From Octopus bimaculoides (lineage: Eukaryota), in the NCBI RefSeq assembly GCF_001194135.2, contig NC_068981.1, positions 3,052,710 to 3,116,709 on the forward strand: a stretch of DNA of 64,000 bases, written 5' to 3'. The translations under genes and the position numbers were made by a program. The notes under the pieces were generated by a model. It made no database searches, was not told where the DNA came from, and saw only the letters and a program-made list of their open reading frames with translations. This document shows positions 1 through 13,500 of this stretch, piece by piece. The first letter of the stretch is position 1; each line of letters starts with the position of its first letter.

Positions 1-199
1 ACCCATAGTCATAAAAGCAAAGAGGCAGGTTGGAAGGAGAGAGGTACTGAAGAATCATACCAGGTAACTAGGCAACAGGTTTATGTAGCAAGGGGAGAAG
101 CAGGAACTAAGAGGTTTGCCAATATTCTATGGCACGAGACATTCCAGGTTACAAGACAGAATTGAGATGCTTTAGGAAAAAAGTGTGTACAGATTGCCA

Positions 200-990
200 C
201 TTGCACTTAGCAATTCTGAAAAGGCATGAGAGAAAGGTCTTCCTAGTGTGGACCAAAGTGTTTTAACCATTCTCGCTGACAGCAGTATGTTACATAAAGC
301 AATTAAGAATGTGACGAAAGCAGGAAGAGTCCCTGGACCCTCAGGAATTCATGCTGAAATGCTTAACATAATTAGTGGTGAAGGACATGGCTTAGTTACC
401 TTCATGGTTAATCAGGTTGTCATACTCAAAGACATCATACTCAACTGTTAAAAGGACAAAGAAGAAATTACAGAGGAATCAAATTGCTGCATCATGAAAG
501 TTATGAAAACGGTTACAAGTTGATTAATTAGAGAAAAAAATTAAATTACATAATTACAATTTGGATTTGTGCCAGAGGAAAGTACTCAGATGTTCTCTTC
601 CTAATTAGACGACTGCAGAAGAAGTATTTAGCTACAAGTAAGCCACTGAACATTCATTGACAAAAGTAAAGCCTTGGGCAGGGCCCCTCACTCTCTGGTG
701 GCTACAGATAATGACAGGGGTCGATGAATAACTTGTGAGATCCACACAAACCATGTACAGGGGTACTGTCAGTAGCATGATAATTAACACTGAATATAGT
801 GATGAATTTAATGCGTAAGTAGAAATTCACTAGGGTTCAGTTGCCAGTCCCCTCTTATTTATTATAGTCCTTTACGCCTTAACAAAGGAGTTTAAGAATA
901 ATTGCCATTGAGAACTACAATAAACTGAGATGACAACATTCTTATAATTTAAATATGTAGTTGAATCAAACAGCCTTGAAGGTAGCTTTA
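200..990 (+). mobile_element. Degenerate RTE-clade LINE reverse transcriptase fragment
   Basis: Broken frames give KAIK..KAGRVPGPSGIHAEML, NYRGIKLL, QFGFVP, and VHQGS..SPLLFIIVL-like motifs. Confidence 0.75.
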
Positions 991-1039
991 GCAGTGGAGG
1001 AGGATGTATAGAGTATATATATATATATGTATATATATA

Positions 1040-1775
1040 CACATACAGTACTGCCTGATCGGCACTCATGCCAGTGGAAGATTAATAGCACAACTGATCA
1101 TGATCGTTGCCAGTGCCGCCAGACTGGCTCCCATGCAGGTAGCACATAAAAAACACCTTTTGAGCATGGTCATTGCCAGAACCGCTTGATTGGCCCTTGT
1201 GCCAGTGGCATGTAAAAGCAGCCACTACATTCTCGGAGTGGTTGGCATCAAAAGCTGTAGAAATTTTGTCAGATCAGATTGAGCCTGGTGCAACCTTCTG
1301 GCTCGCCAATCTGCAGTCAAACCATCCAACCCATGCCAGCATAGAAAGCGGACGTTAATTGACGACGATATATATCATCATCATCATCATCATCATCATC
1401 ATCGTTTAATGTCCGCTTTCCATGCTAGCATGGGTTGGACGATTTGACTGAGGACTGGTGAAACCGGATGGCTACACCAGGTTCCAATCTGATTTGGTAG
1501 AGTTTCTACAGCTGGATGCCCTTCCTAATGCCAACCACTCTGAGAGTGTAGTGGATGCTTTTACGAGGCCAGTCAGGCGGTACTGACAACGGCCACGCTC
1601 AAATGGTGTATTTTATGTGCCACCTGCACAAGAGCCAGTCCAGGGGCACTGGCAACGATCTCGCTCGAAAGTCCTTACACATGCCACGGGCACAAGAGCC
1701 AGAAAGGCGACGCTGGGCACAGGTGCCATCCTGATTTCGCTTTCGCTTGCCCCAATAAGTCTTCGCAAGCCGAGT
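1040..1775. mobile_element. Two (GAT)n-tailed SINE copies tail-to-tail (+ ~1040-1370, - ~1378-1775)
   Basis: Shared tail CATCGTTTAA(C/T)GTCCGCTTTCCATGCTAGCATGGGTTGGACG and core CTGGATGCCCTTCCTAATGCCAACCAC in opposite orientations around (CAT)n. Confidence 0.85.
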
Positions 1776-1804
1776 ATATATATATATATATATATATATA
1801 CTTA

Positions 1805-2200
1805 TGGATGAACAGCAATGCTACATGCTAATTAGAAGTGGGTTCTGAATACAGAGGGCATGTGAAGATCAGAAAGAAATGAAGCTGGCATGCTCCATTG
1901 GATGTGCAACATCAGTTTGCATGAATGCCAAAATACAAATAAATTGAGAGAAAAAACTAGGCATAAGAGGAATCAGATGTAGTGTGATGGGTATGGATGA
2001 GAAATGATGTATAAAGATTGCTTAACATTGATGAAACTTATGGAAGTGGGGAAACCTAGGAAAACAAGGTTTCCCTCTTCCATAAGGGGCAAAGTAATGA
2101 AAGTTGATCTAAGAACTTAGAATCTCATGGAGATGTCAAAGAATTGGGATGGCTGTTGATATGTGATATGTGAGAAGGTCAACGCATCTCATTGAAACAA
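1805..2200 (+). mobile_element. Degenerate RTE LINE 3' fragment
   Basis: LREKLGIRGIRC and G.PRKT-like remnants typical of the RTE ORF C-terminus. Confidence 0.55.
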
Positions 2201-4170
2201 GTTCCGGAAGCATAAAGTGTATATACACCTTCCCCATCAACCATTCATTTCTCTATCACTGTTCTCTCCCATCATTTGCCTAACTGCAGTACTCTGCTGT
2301 TGTAATTTAATGAGAGCAAAACTACATATGTCATCATCATCATCATCATCATCATTTTCTGTGATACCAGTTATCTTTCTCGTTACACAGAGCCACTTCA
2401 CTTGACATCCATCCTTCTTTCTTAACAATGGCCCTCTCCACTCACATTTTACATTCATTACCCTACCCCCTTTCTCTCCTCCTCTGAATCACTTGCTCCT
2501 ATCACTATACATCTCTTGCAACCACCCACATGTTACCTCCCTTTTTCTAATCTTTCTCTTATCTGCTGTATTATTACTATTCTGCTCCTCTTCACTTCTT
2601 TTGTATGGCCAGTCAGTACCTATTCTTCTCAACCTTCCAACTCATATATATCGTCCATCACCCCTCCACCCTTGTTTACCCTCAATCTCTATAGTCATCA
2701 CCTTACTCTCCCTTATCTTCCCTCCAACTCTCCTCTTCCGCCCACAGGGCTCATGCTGACACCATGTTACCACCATCTTTATTTCTCTTTCTAGCTCCAT
2801 CTTGTATAATGTAAGAAGAAGAAATGCATATTCTCTCCAACAAAAACACTTGTTCTGACTCTTTCTTTCATATTTTAACCTTTACCATTTTTTCCTGTTT
2901 CTTACTTCCTCACTCATCCTTCAGGCACATCATATGTCCATACCCGTGCTACCCCCTCTCTCTCTCTCTCTCTCTCCCCCTTCCTTTGAATGCTCTAGAA
3001 TATTCTGTTTTATATACATCATCATCATCATCATCTTCACCACTATTTACCAGCCATGTTCTTTGCTGAATTGGATTGGACGATTTGACAGGATCCAACA
3101 GGCCTGAAGACATCATGCTCCAATGTCTGCTTTGGCATGGTTTTTTATGACTGAATGTCCTTCATAACACTAACCACTTTACAATGTGTACTGGGTACTT
3201 TATTTTCATGACACCAGCACTAGTGAGGTTTCCATGCAGCTTACATCACTAAAATCCCCTTCAATTGAGTAGAGCTACAGTAGAGAGGGAAGAAGTTTTA
3301 AGCTATGGTTTAAGGAGTTAAAGTCAGATAGAAGGGTCTAGAAGAGAACAGATTTCTTGCAGTAGGGAATATACACACACATAGACAATACGTAAAATAG
3401 TTTTTATAATTGTATTTATTTTTCCATTTTCTTTTGTTTAACACAATGACAGTCTACACAAAGATGACACACCAAGTACTTACCTGGCTAATCTACAACC
3501 ATTTCAGTTTAAGAGAACATCAAGAAAATGTATCTCTTCGGTACATTTCCTACTATTTTGAGCTCTGTCATGTAGTGACAAAATGTCTTTGCTAATCCTC
3601 TTAATCTCAGTCAGGTAATATTCAGATTTGTTTTATGTACAGTTGTGATTCCTTACACTAAGATTCGGTTCAAAGCAAATCAATAAAAGACATACTTTGA
3701 AGTTTAACCACTTCAAATATTTCTGCTTACATCATACAGCAATGGTTGTTTCAACATTAAGTACCAAAATATTCACAGCACATGAATCTGATGAAGTCTT
3801 GAATACATATCATATACAAATTTATTTCTCTCCAATGGTTTTTTTAATAATGTTACCTGATATATTTTATTTATTTATTTGAATTTTAGTGTTGTTGATT
3901 CAGGCAAATTTATGAAAAAATGTAATGGAAATAACCAAAAGAAAAAAAAATTAAGCATTTTAAATTTTGAGTAGAAAAATAAATTTGTATGTGATATGTA
4001 TTTAGGGCTGATTTCACTCCTCATGTGGTTTCTTTTTATGTTCTTTAAGATGGAAAGAATTAATAATATCAGAACAACAGAGGGTAAACAGAACATAAGA
4101 ATCTACAGTGCCAATCACAGTCTCACCAACGTTGCTAATTATTTCCATATTGAATAAAAAAATTATTGCT

Positions 4171-4176
4171 TTTATT
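4171..4176 (-). terminator. Candidate polyadenylation signal (AATAAA) of UBE3B
   Basis: tttatt on + strand ~220 nt past the stop; further hexamers near 3866. Common in AT-rich DNA, so weak. Confidence 0.3.
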
Positions 4177-4395
4177 TGAAATGTCTGAAATGTTCACAAA
4201 ATGTTTTTCATTATTTTTTAAAAGTAAAGCTTTAGGAATGTATTTCTTTTTTGTGTGTTTTTTCTTTAGCTTTTTAAATATATTCTCATTTTTCTTACTC
4301 ACATGAACAAATGTAGATCTATTTTCCACATCCATGCTGTATTCTGTCAGACGGTCAACTGAATCAACATTTTGTGCATTCGTGACACATGAAGG

Positions 4396-4587
4396 CTAAG
4401 ACAACTCAAAGCCAGTGTTTGAATGAATGGCATATCGTAATTTTTCCTTCAAAGTGCTCTTCTTCTGGTAGTTAGGCAGTTTAAGAAGATTGAAACAAGT
4501 TGAAGATGTTGGTAAACGACCAATCGGGTCCTTTTTACGAATATTGAAAAATCCTTTAAGAACGCTGCCAACAGTATCCCCGGTGTC
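4396..4587 (-). CDS. UBE3B: UBE3B exon 30, last coding exon ([37 protein letters not shown])
   Basis: gtttctag|GAC ... TCT TAG; contains HECT catalytic Cys motif. Confidence 0.97.
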   Translation of the reverse strand, partial: DTGDTVGSVLKGFFNIRKKDPIGRLPTSSTCFNLLKLPNYQKKSTLKEKLRYAIHSNTGFELS

Positions 4588-7500
4588 CTAGAAACAAAAG
4601 AAGATTAAAGAATGAACAATGTACAAAGAAAAGTTTTAACTCTCAGAAACCTCTAAAACTCTACCCAGACATCTTCACCAAGTCTTTATCAATAAAACCA
4701 GTTGTGAGATTGCTCTAACTTTATATCGTTGCTATTATGCAAAAGTGTCGTAAGTCCAAAACATTGCTTTTTCAGAAAATGAAAAAATAATTTCACCATT
4801 CCATTTCTTTTAACATTAGCAATAACTTCAGTTTAACAATAATACTCTGTTGGGTGCATAGAATCGTAGCTCCATGCATGTGTGATATTTTCAGTCAGAA
4901 ATATTTTTGCAAAACTGTCATATGTGGGACTTATACTTTTGAAAAATGCTAAACCATTGACAATTTTCGTATCTAAAGCAGCTGGAGATACAATAGTTTG
5001 ACCTAAAGAACTGGCTATTGCAAGCAAAATTAAATATTGAAAAAAACACATTTGCTCAAATTTGGACAAGTTATTTTACCAAATTCTTTGTTATATTTAA
5101 AGTAATTGAAAGAAACACTGAGCATCTCAATAGAAATACAGTAACAAAAGTTTGATCTAATTTCAAATTCTTCCTTGCTCTACCATCACAAAACAACATT
5201 TGCTTCAACCACCACCACTATCATTATCAACACCAACCAACCAACCAACCAATATATATTTATTCAGCAAGTCTTACCTGATCATCACTAACTTCTACAC
5301 ACCGAATGGAAAATGCAGGATCGAGTGTGGAGAAACCTAACAGTGGAGGTTTAGAACAGCTTGTGACAAACTAATAAAGGAAAAGAACAAGACATGTGTC
5401 AGAATAAAGAATAAGATAACTGGTTGTTTCATTCACAATCATTAGTAACAACACCACAGGCATGTGTACAGGACTTGAAAACAAGACATGTATTTTTGAA
5501 TACAAAATATTTTATTTATGAATACATCATCATCATTTAATGCCTGTTTTCCATGCTGGCATGGGTTGGACAGTTTGACAGGAGCCAGCTTGGTGCAGCC
5601 CTCTGGCTTGCCTGCTCCCGTCATATTGTCCAACCGATGCCAGCATGGAAAACAGACGTTAAATGATGATGATGGTGTATTTATAAGTGAAAAATGAAAC
5701 ATATTTTATTGTAATTCTGAATGGAATGACTTAATAGAAGTATTGTGGTAGGTACCAACCTCAGGATTGAGTCTAAGGCTTCAATCACTGAACCAAAGGA
5801 CAAATTTATGGAATGGAATAAAATTGTAGTTATTTTTAAGAGTCCACAATGATTTCTAAATGAAACATTACAGAAACAGACAATAAAAACAGGATATGTG
5901 AGGAAAGGTGAAGAGCCAGCTACAAAACAGCCAAGCTTAGTGTTGAAATCTTACAGAAGAAATTCAACTCAGATTATTTATGAGAAGCACAGGCTTTCCT
6001 GTTGCACTCAATAGGCCTGTGCATGTCTGTATGACTTCTTTATTGGACATTAAACTTCTCTGGCATTCCGTCAATTACAATAATGAAAGTTCCAGTTGAG
6101 CCAATCAACGGAACAGCAGGCTCGTGAACATGCCAAGTGGTTGAGCACTCCACAGACACATGTACCTACCCTTAATGTAATTCTCACGGGGATTCTGTTT
6201 GACACAGGATGTGATAAGGTTGGCCCTTTAAAATACAGGGACAACTCATTTTTGCCAGCAGAATGGACTGGAGCAACATGAAATAAAGTATCTTGCTCAA
6301 GGACATGATGTGCTGCTGGGAATCGAACTCATGATCTTAAGATCATGAGCTGAATACCCCTAACCACTTAGCCATGTGCCTTCACTCAGACATTAGACTT
6401 TAATCCCAAGATTAACATCAGACATGCTGATGGTTGTCCAATTAACTTTCATTGATATTGAATTCCTTTCAATATTATTTTAATAGTGAATAAAATAACC
6501 AAATGAAGAGCCACTCACTATTGGTCAAGACTGACCATGAATGTGTAGGCCTGGACAACATCTGTTGAGGAAGACTAGATCAAAGATGGAATGCATTATC
6601 AGTAAATCAGAGAGAGAGTCAGACAGACAGACAGACAGGGGGGGGAGAAGAATGCTTTAAAAACTGTAGAAAATATACATAAAAATAACTAAAAGACAGT
6701 AATCCCTCGCTATATCCGCAGTTTATTATTTAAGCTTACATCGGTTCCTCTGTGGTGGTGTTTTGCATTTATAAAACAAATATACACAAATTATAAAAAT
6801 AATAAAAAAAACATAGACAGTACAATACTGTTTCTATTTCACCTATTGCAGGGGGAGGGGGTTGGAATGTAACACCCATGATAGTTGAGGGATTACTGCA
6901 TATGAAAATATTTACATGGAATTCATAATTTACATGAAATTAAAAACATCATTAAATCATTTAGCAATTGAATGACCATTGATCTGTGTAATCATCTTCA
7001 AATATTGATCTCTTTAATTATCACCAAATACTAGCTGACCCCTGAAATAGAAGAAGCAACTCACTTTGAGGAAAAGACTTCTCTCATGAGCACTAAAGTC
7101 ATGGTCCACGATATCCCATAACCAGTTGATTACTCTGTGGTTATTATGATAGCCACCATAATACTGAGTATGACGTCTGCAACGAAGGAAAAAAACAAGA
7201 ATGATTCAAAACTTTGACAACTGGAGTCACTGCTAAGAACATTATAACTGCTCACATTATGTTGGTGCTATTATCATTATTATTATTTTAATTAGGGTGT
7301 TGAGCTGGCAGAATCGTCAGCACACCAGGCAAAATGCTTAGTGGCATTTTGTCTGTCTTTACGCTCTGAGTTCAAATTCTACTGAGGTCAACTTTGCCTT
7401 TCATCCTTTTGGGGTCAATAAATTGAGTACCAGTAAAATATTGGGGTTGATGTAATAATCTAGTCCCCTATCTCAAATTTTTAGGCCTTTAGCAGAAAGG

Positions 7501-10500
7501 ATTGTTATTATTCTTTTCTACTCTAGGCACAAGGCCCAAAATTTTGGGAGAAGCGGCCAGTCAATTAGATCGACCCCGGTATGCAACTGGTACTTAATTT
7601 ATCGACCCCGAAAGGATGAAAGGCAAAGTCAACCTCGGCAGAATTTGAACTCAGAACATAAAAAAACGAAATTCCGCTAAGCATCTCGCCCGGCGTGCTA
7701 ACCATTTTGCCAGCTTGCTGCTTTAAGGATTATTATTATTATCATCATTATTATTATCATCATTATTATTACTAAACTCATCTATAAGTATGACACATTA
7801 TTTTAGTATTTACATCTATACTATGTTTCCATTAGTTTTGATACGGTACACAGGCAATATACAGTAATATTTGATATCACATACAATATACAACTATTTT
7901 TGATATCACATATGATATTCAATCCTTCGTATCATTCACATTATACAACAAATTTTACCATGACACGCAACATACATCAGTCAAGAGACATTGACACCGA
8001 ACATGAAGTACATCAACTTTCACCAGCATTCTGGGAGGAATTACAAATGTCCTTGTGCATTACTTATGACATAAAAACATAACGAGATGAAGCAGCTGCT
8101 ACACATATATAATAAACATACAAAGATTGTATTAAATCAACGAAATGTCACTCGAAAACCAGATGGGAGTCAAATAGGATCAAGGGAGGCAATCCAAATC
8201 GTATTGCAATGAGCAGCAGACAACCACACACCGGCTGTGTAGGTGCGACTTAGAAACACGCTTCCCAACTATGTGATTGCAGGTACAGTCTTAATATGAA
8301 ACAACTATATTACACTGTAACCAGCCTGTGTTTAAATACCACACATACACACAAATAGTTTGTAGTAGTTATAACTAAACTCAATTTTCAATAAAATGTC
8401 AGACGCTATTTAACGCTACAGACTTAATATAAACAAACATATCCAAAAGTTAAAACAACAATTGAATAACTTAATGACATGTGACACCCTTCTGGTGATA
8501 CACACAGAGCACCCATGATGGTGCCACATGAAAAGGCACCTGTGCTAGTGCCATATAAAAAGCATTTGTGCTGGTGCCATGTACAAAGCATGGGCACTAA
8601 AGTGATTAGTGTTAGAAAGGGCATAGAAACCATGCCAAAACAGACAACTGGACCCAGGGTGCAGCTCCCCAGCTTGTCAACTCCTGTCACACAGTCCAAT
8701 CCATGCTAGCATGGAAAACAGATGTTAAATGATGATGATGATGATGATGATGAAGAATATATCTTACCTTAAGTCTTCTATGTCGATATCTCTATTGTCA
8801 CCAGAAATAAGCTTCTGTAGTTCAGGAGCTGAGAACATATTGAGCCATTCATGGTTAACCACTGATCGAAACCCACGGATGAAGGCAGCAGTTTGCTCCT
8901 TTATCTGGCAGTACATTCGAAAATGAGCCATCAAATGGACATAACGGATCCTGGAAAATAATCAATTGCATGAAGTAAGAACTTAATTAAATATTAATTA
9001 AAAAAGAATTAGCATATTAATAAAAAGTAAAAGAGTAAAACATCTGGTACAAACAATGTTTTAAAGTGATCATCATCATCATCGTTTAACGTCCGTTTTC
9101 CATGCTGGCATGGGTTGGACAGTTTGACTGAAGTCTGGAGAGCCAGGAGGCTGCACCAGGCTCCAATCTGATCTGGCAATGTTTCTACGGCTGGATGCCC
9201 TTCCTAACGCCAACCACTCTGAGAGTGTAGTGGTTGCTTTTTACATGCCTCTGGCATGGGGGCCAGTCAGGCAGTCCTGGCAATGACCACGTTCAGATAG
9301 TGCTTTTTATGTGCTACTGGAATAGGAGCCAATCAGATGGTGTTTTTTTACGTGCCACTGGCGCAGGAGCCAGTCAGGCAGTCCTGGCATCGATCACGTT
9401 CAGATGAAGAATTTTACATGCCACTGGAATAGGAGCCAGTCAGGGGGCACTGGCCACAGCTACGATTTTGGTTTGACTTCACTCAACAGGTCTTCTCAAG
9501 CATATCATATAGCTTGACACATCAGGGGTACTCTTAAATGAGCCAGACATGCAACACTGGCATGTTAATTTATGTTCCAATCACCAGCTTAATATTGACA
9601 AAATGTTTTTGCTAAATTCTTTGTTATTTACAAAATTAATTTAAACAAAGTGTATTTCAAAAGGAATACGGAAAGGAAGGGGTTAACATGAACACCTGAG
9701 GCAGGTGATATTCAGTATGATGTCTGACATAGTTCCAGTCTACAATTCAAATAATATTCAAGAGATGAATAGATGAATAAATAATAATGAAAGACCAATT
9801 ACTTGTTTTCATCTGTAACTCCAATAACTTTTCCTCCGGGTACAAGTTCATGTGTCTCAAGCCGACCCATGCAATCTTCATCACAGGAAAATGTTAGATC
9901 TAATTCACTGACATCACCCTCATAATGCTGAAAGAGAAGCACAACATTAGAACAGATGATAGATAGGTTCACATTTACTGACTTTCATAAAAGTTCTAAG
10001 AGGTGGTGGATGTGGTGGGGAAATGGGTGATGACACTTATTTGAAATACTAGCTGAGGTACCCGGTAAAAAATTACAGTTAATAAGATGTCTGTTTATAG
10101 CCATGAAACATTTTGTGTCAAATTTCGACATTTTTCTAAAATTTAAAATCTATATTAATGGATCATCAATTTGACAAAAACATGAGCAGAGTCTGGTAGT
10201 GAACCCGTGTTATCGTCATTTTTGTGCATATGCGTAAAATGGCGAATTTTACGCTTTGGGGCAGATTTCGTCAAATTTATGTCATAATGGCTAGTACACA
10301 AAATGTCTAAATTTTGCTTGAGAAATAAAATGGCCTTACCTAATCATAACCTGAAACGCTGGGGAATTAAAACAACGAATTTAGCAAATCAAAACAATTC
10401 TCATCGAAATGCAGAATTAACAAATGCTAATTAGATTACCATTAATAAGCTGTCTGCTTATACCCATGAAACATTTTTCGTCAAATTTCAGTATTTTTTG

Positions 10501-13500
10501 TCAAATTGATGTCATGGTGGCTAGTGTGAAAAATGCCAAAATTTTACAATATTTGAAAAATCGATGCTGATTAAAAATCGATTTTTTAAAAATTCCAAGT
10601 GTGTAAGTAACTACATGGGCATAAACCCCACACACGTGTCAAGTTGCATCAAGGTCCGTTGGATAATCGCGGAGGAGTTAAAGTAACAAATTCACAAACA
10701 CACAAACTTGCCATTTATTATTATAGATTTTTGGCACAAGCCTAGCAATTTAAGTGGGAGGAAGTTAGTTGTTTGCACCTACCCCGAAACAACAAAAGGC
10801 AAAGTTGATCTTAATGGTATCTGGACTCAGTTCGTTGGTTCCACCTTGACGGTGCTGGTGCCACATAAAAAGCACTCAGTCCACTCTGTAAAGTGGTTGG
10901 TGTTAGGAAATGCATCCAGCCATGAAAACCATGCCAAAACAGAGATCGTTGGCACCAAGTAAAAACCACCCAGTCCACTCTGTAAAGGGCATCTAACTGT
11001 AAAAACCATTCCAAAACAAACAGTGGAGTTTGGCACAGTCCTCTGGCTTGTCAGCTCCTATGAAAGCATCCAACCCATGCCAGCATGGAAGACAGATGTT
11101 AAATGACAATGATGATGAACGTAAAGAGCTGGAAGAAATGTCTGAGGCACTGATGAGTCTGCCAACTCGGGGCCACATGGATGAAGATAAGTCTTTCTAG
11201 TTTAGGCACAAGGCCAGGAATTTTGAGAACAGGAGAGCAAGTCACCAAGATTGACTCCAATACTTCACAGGTGTTTTATTCTGTCAGCTCAAGAAGATGA
11301 AAGACAGAGCAGACCTCAATGATATTTAAACTCAGAATGTAAAAAGCTGGAAGAAATGCCACTAGGCATTTTGTCTGATGCACTGACATTTCTGCCATCT
11401 CACTATGTTGCTGTTGTTGTTAAATAATAATAATAATAATAATAAGGAGGAGGAGGAGGAGGAGGAGGATAACAATAGTGGAAAATGAAGAAGGTGAAGA
11501 TAGTGCCAATTATTGCTGGTTCCTTGGGGACAGTATCAGAAGGCATCAAGGGAATATAAAAGAAATCAGAATAGAGTGCCCAGTTACAAAAGGTTTTCCT
11601 CCTTGGCACAGCCAGAATAATCAGGAAAGTATTAGACAGTTGAAAAGAATAGATAGCATGGTACTGGTAGGCTGTGGGTAGCAAGCCCACTATGCATGCA
11701 AGACTCCAGGAGTTACAACAAAACCTGAGATAAAAAGAAATAATAATATCGTCAACATTGATGGAGATTGTGAAAGAACAGCAAGAGATATTTTATGAAC
11801 CAAGGATGCAAGTGTGTAACCACTCAACCTGCATAAAAATAGTAGCCAAATTTCCATCAAATCACAACATAACATCTTAAGAAAAAAATGCACTAGAAAA
11901 AAGAACGCATATTGTCTTGGGCAAGAAGCAAGAGGGCCATGGTTGTGACGTCTTCAATAAAAGTCTGTTTGATCAGAACTGATTAGAGACTTGTCAAGAA
12001 TATTAACATCATTAAAAATGACATGGATAATTTAATAGCAGTAACTGAATGACTTGGTTAGTGGTACTACATACTCTGGGATCATCACCTCCATTTTCCA
12101 AGAAATGGGTCAGCAGAAATGGTAGAAGTTGAAACTAAATGTCTTCCATGTCTACTTCCATCCATTTAACATCATCATCATCATTCAACGTCCATTTTCC
12201 ACACGGGTATGGGCTGGACAGTTTGACAGGAGCTGGCAAGCCAGAGAGCTACACCGAACTCCAATTGTCTGCTCTGGTAAGGTTTCTACAGCTGAATGCC
12301 CTTCCTAATGCCAACCACTTCCCAGAGTGTACTGGGGGGCCTTTTATGTGTCACCAGTACCAGTGCCTTACATATGGCACCAGCATCGGTACTTTATACG
12401 TAGAACCAGTACAGATGCTTTTTACATGGCTCCAGCACCCATGGGCTCACAAGACAAGGACCTTACAAATGAGAGATGGAGTGGAAACAAGAGATTAGAG
12501 TATGATAGAGGGACAGAGGTAGCCCTCTTACTATGAAGGAGATACTTGGCTACATCAGTAAGACCTTATTTTGAATTCCACCAATATCAACTATGGTCAA
12601 GTTATAGTCCTTTTCTGGTCACCCCCTTGGGAATGATTCAAAGGACTTATGGCTTCACATAAAAAATCTGTGACCTTGTACCAATGTATGAAATCAATGT
12701 TTCAAATAGTGAATTTCTCTGTAGCAATGGGTCTTTTTCTCTTAAATATTATATCTGATAAGTAGAAATTACTAGTCTTTGGACTTATTCTAATTTCAGA
12801 TTTTATTTATTTGAAAAAATCTTGAAGATTGTTTAAATCAAAAATAGAAACTGGACAGCAAAAACATGCTTTCACACCAGGCATTATATTTTGTAAACGA
12901 TTGATTTTAAAACCACAGAGTTAAAAGTAATTGATGATGATAATGATGGTAGCGGTGGCGACAAAAATGATGATGGTGAAGAAACATGAAAATATAGAAT
13001 TATAATTAAAACAAACTTCAACTATGTTAGATTGAATTGTATCAAAATGAGTTTGTTAAAATGATGGGAAATATTTACAGGGTTTATTGAATAAATGTAA
13101 AGTATATACAAACCTTGAGGTATGAAAGACTTTTGGCAAGCTCTGGGTCTAAAGATGGTAATTCATCAAGGGAACTGTAGGTTGAACTCTGCTGATGGCC
13201 AAGAATTTGTGTCAGGAAGAATGGAGCAAACGGCACATCAACAACAATACCCTGTCAACAAACAAAACCAGATCAGAAATTCTTCTAAACAAATTTTCAT
13301 TTCAAATATTTCACAGAATAGCTTTTTGTATTCCTTCAGATGTTTCAGGCCTAACGGCTGTGGCCATGCTGGGGCACCGGTATCAACAATCTACTGATGT
13401 TTCAGTCTGGTGGTTTCCTACACTATATTGATGAAAATTTAATAATTTCTACCCTATCATTATAGCATCAATCTATATTCCCAATTTGTCTTGAATCCAA

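Noticed and set aside
64-76. RFX-like motif GTAACTAGGCAAC
   Set aside because: Lies next to decayed LINE sequence far from any evident promoter; likely chance.
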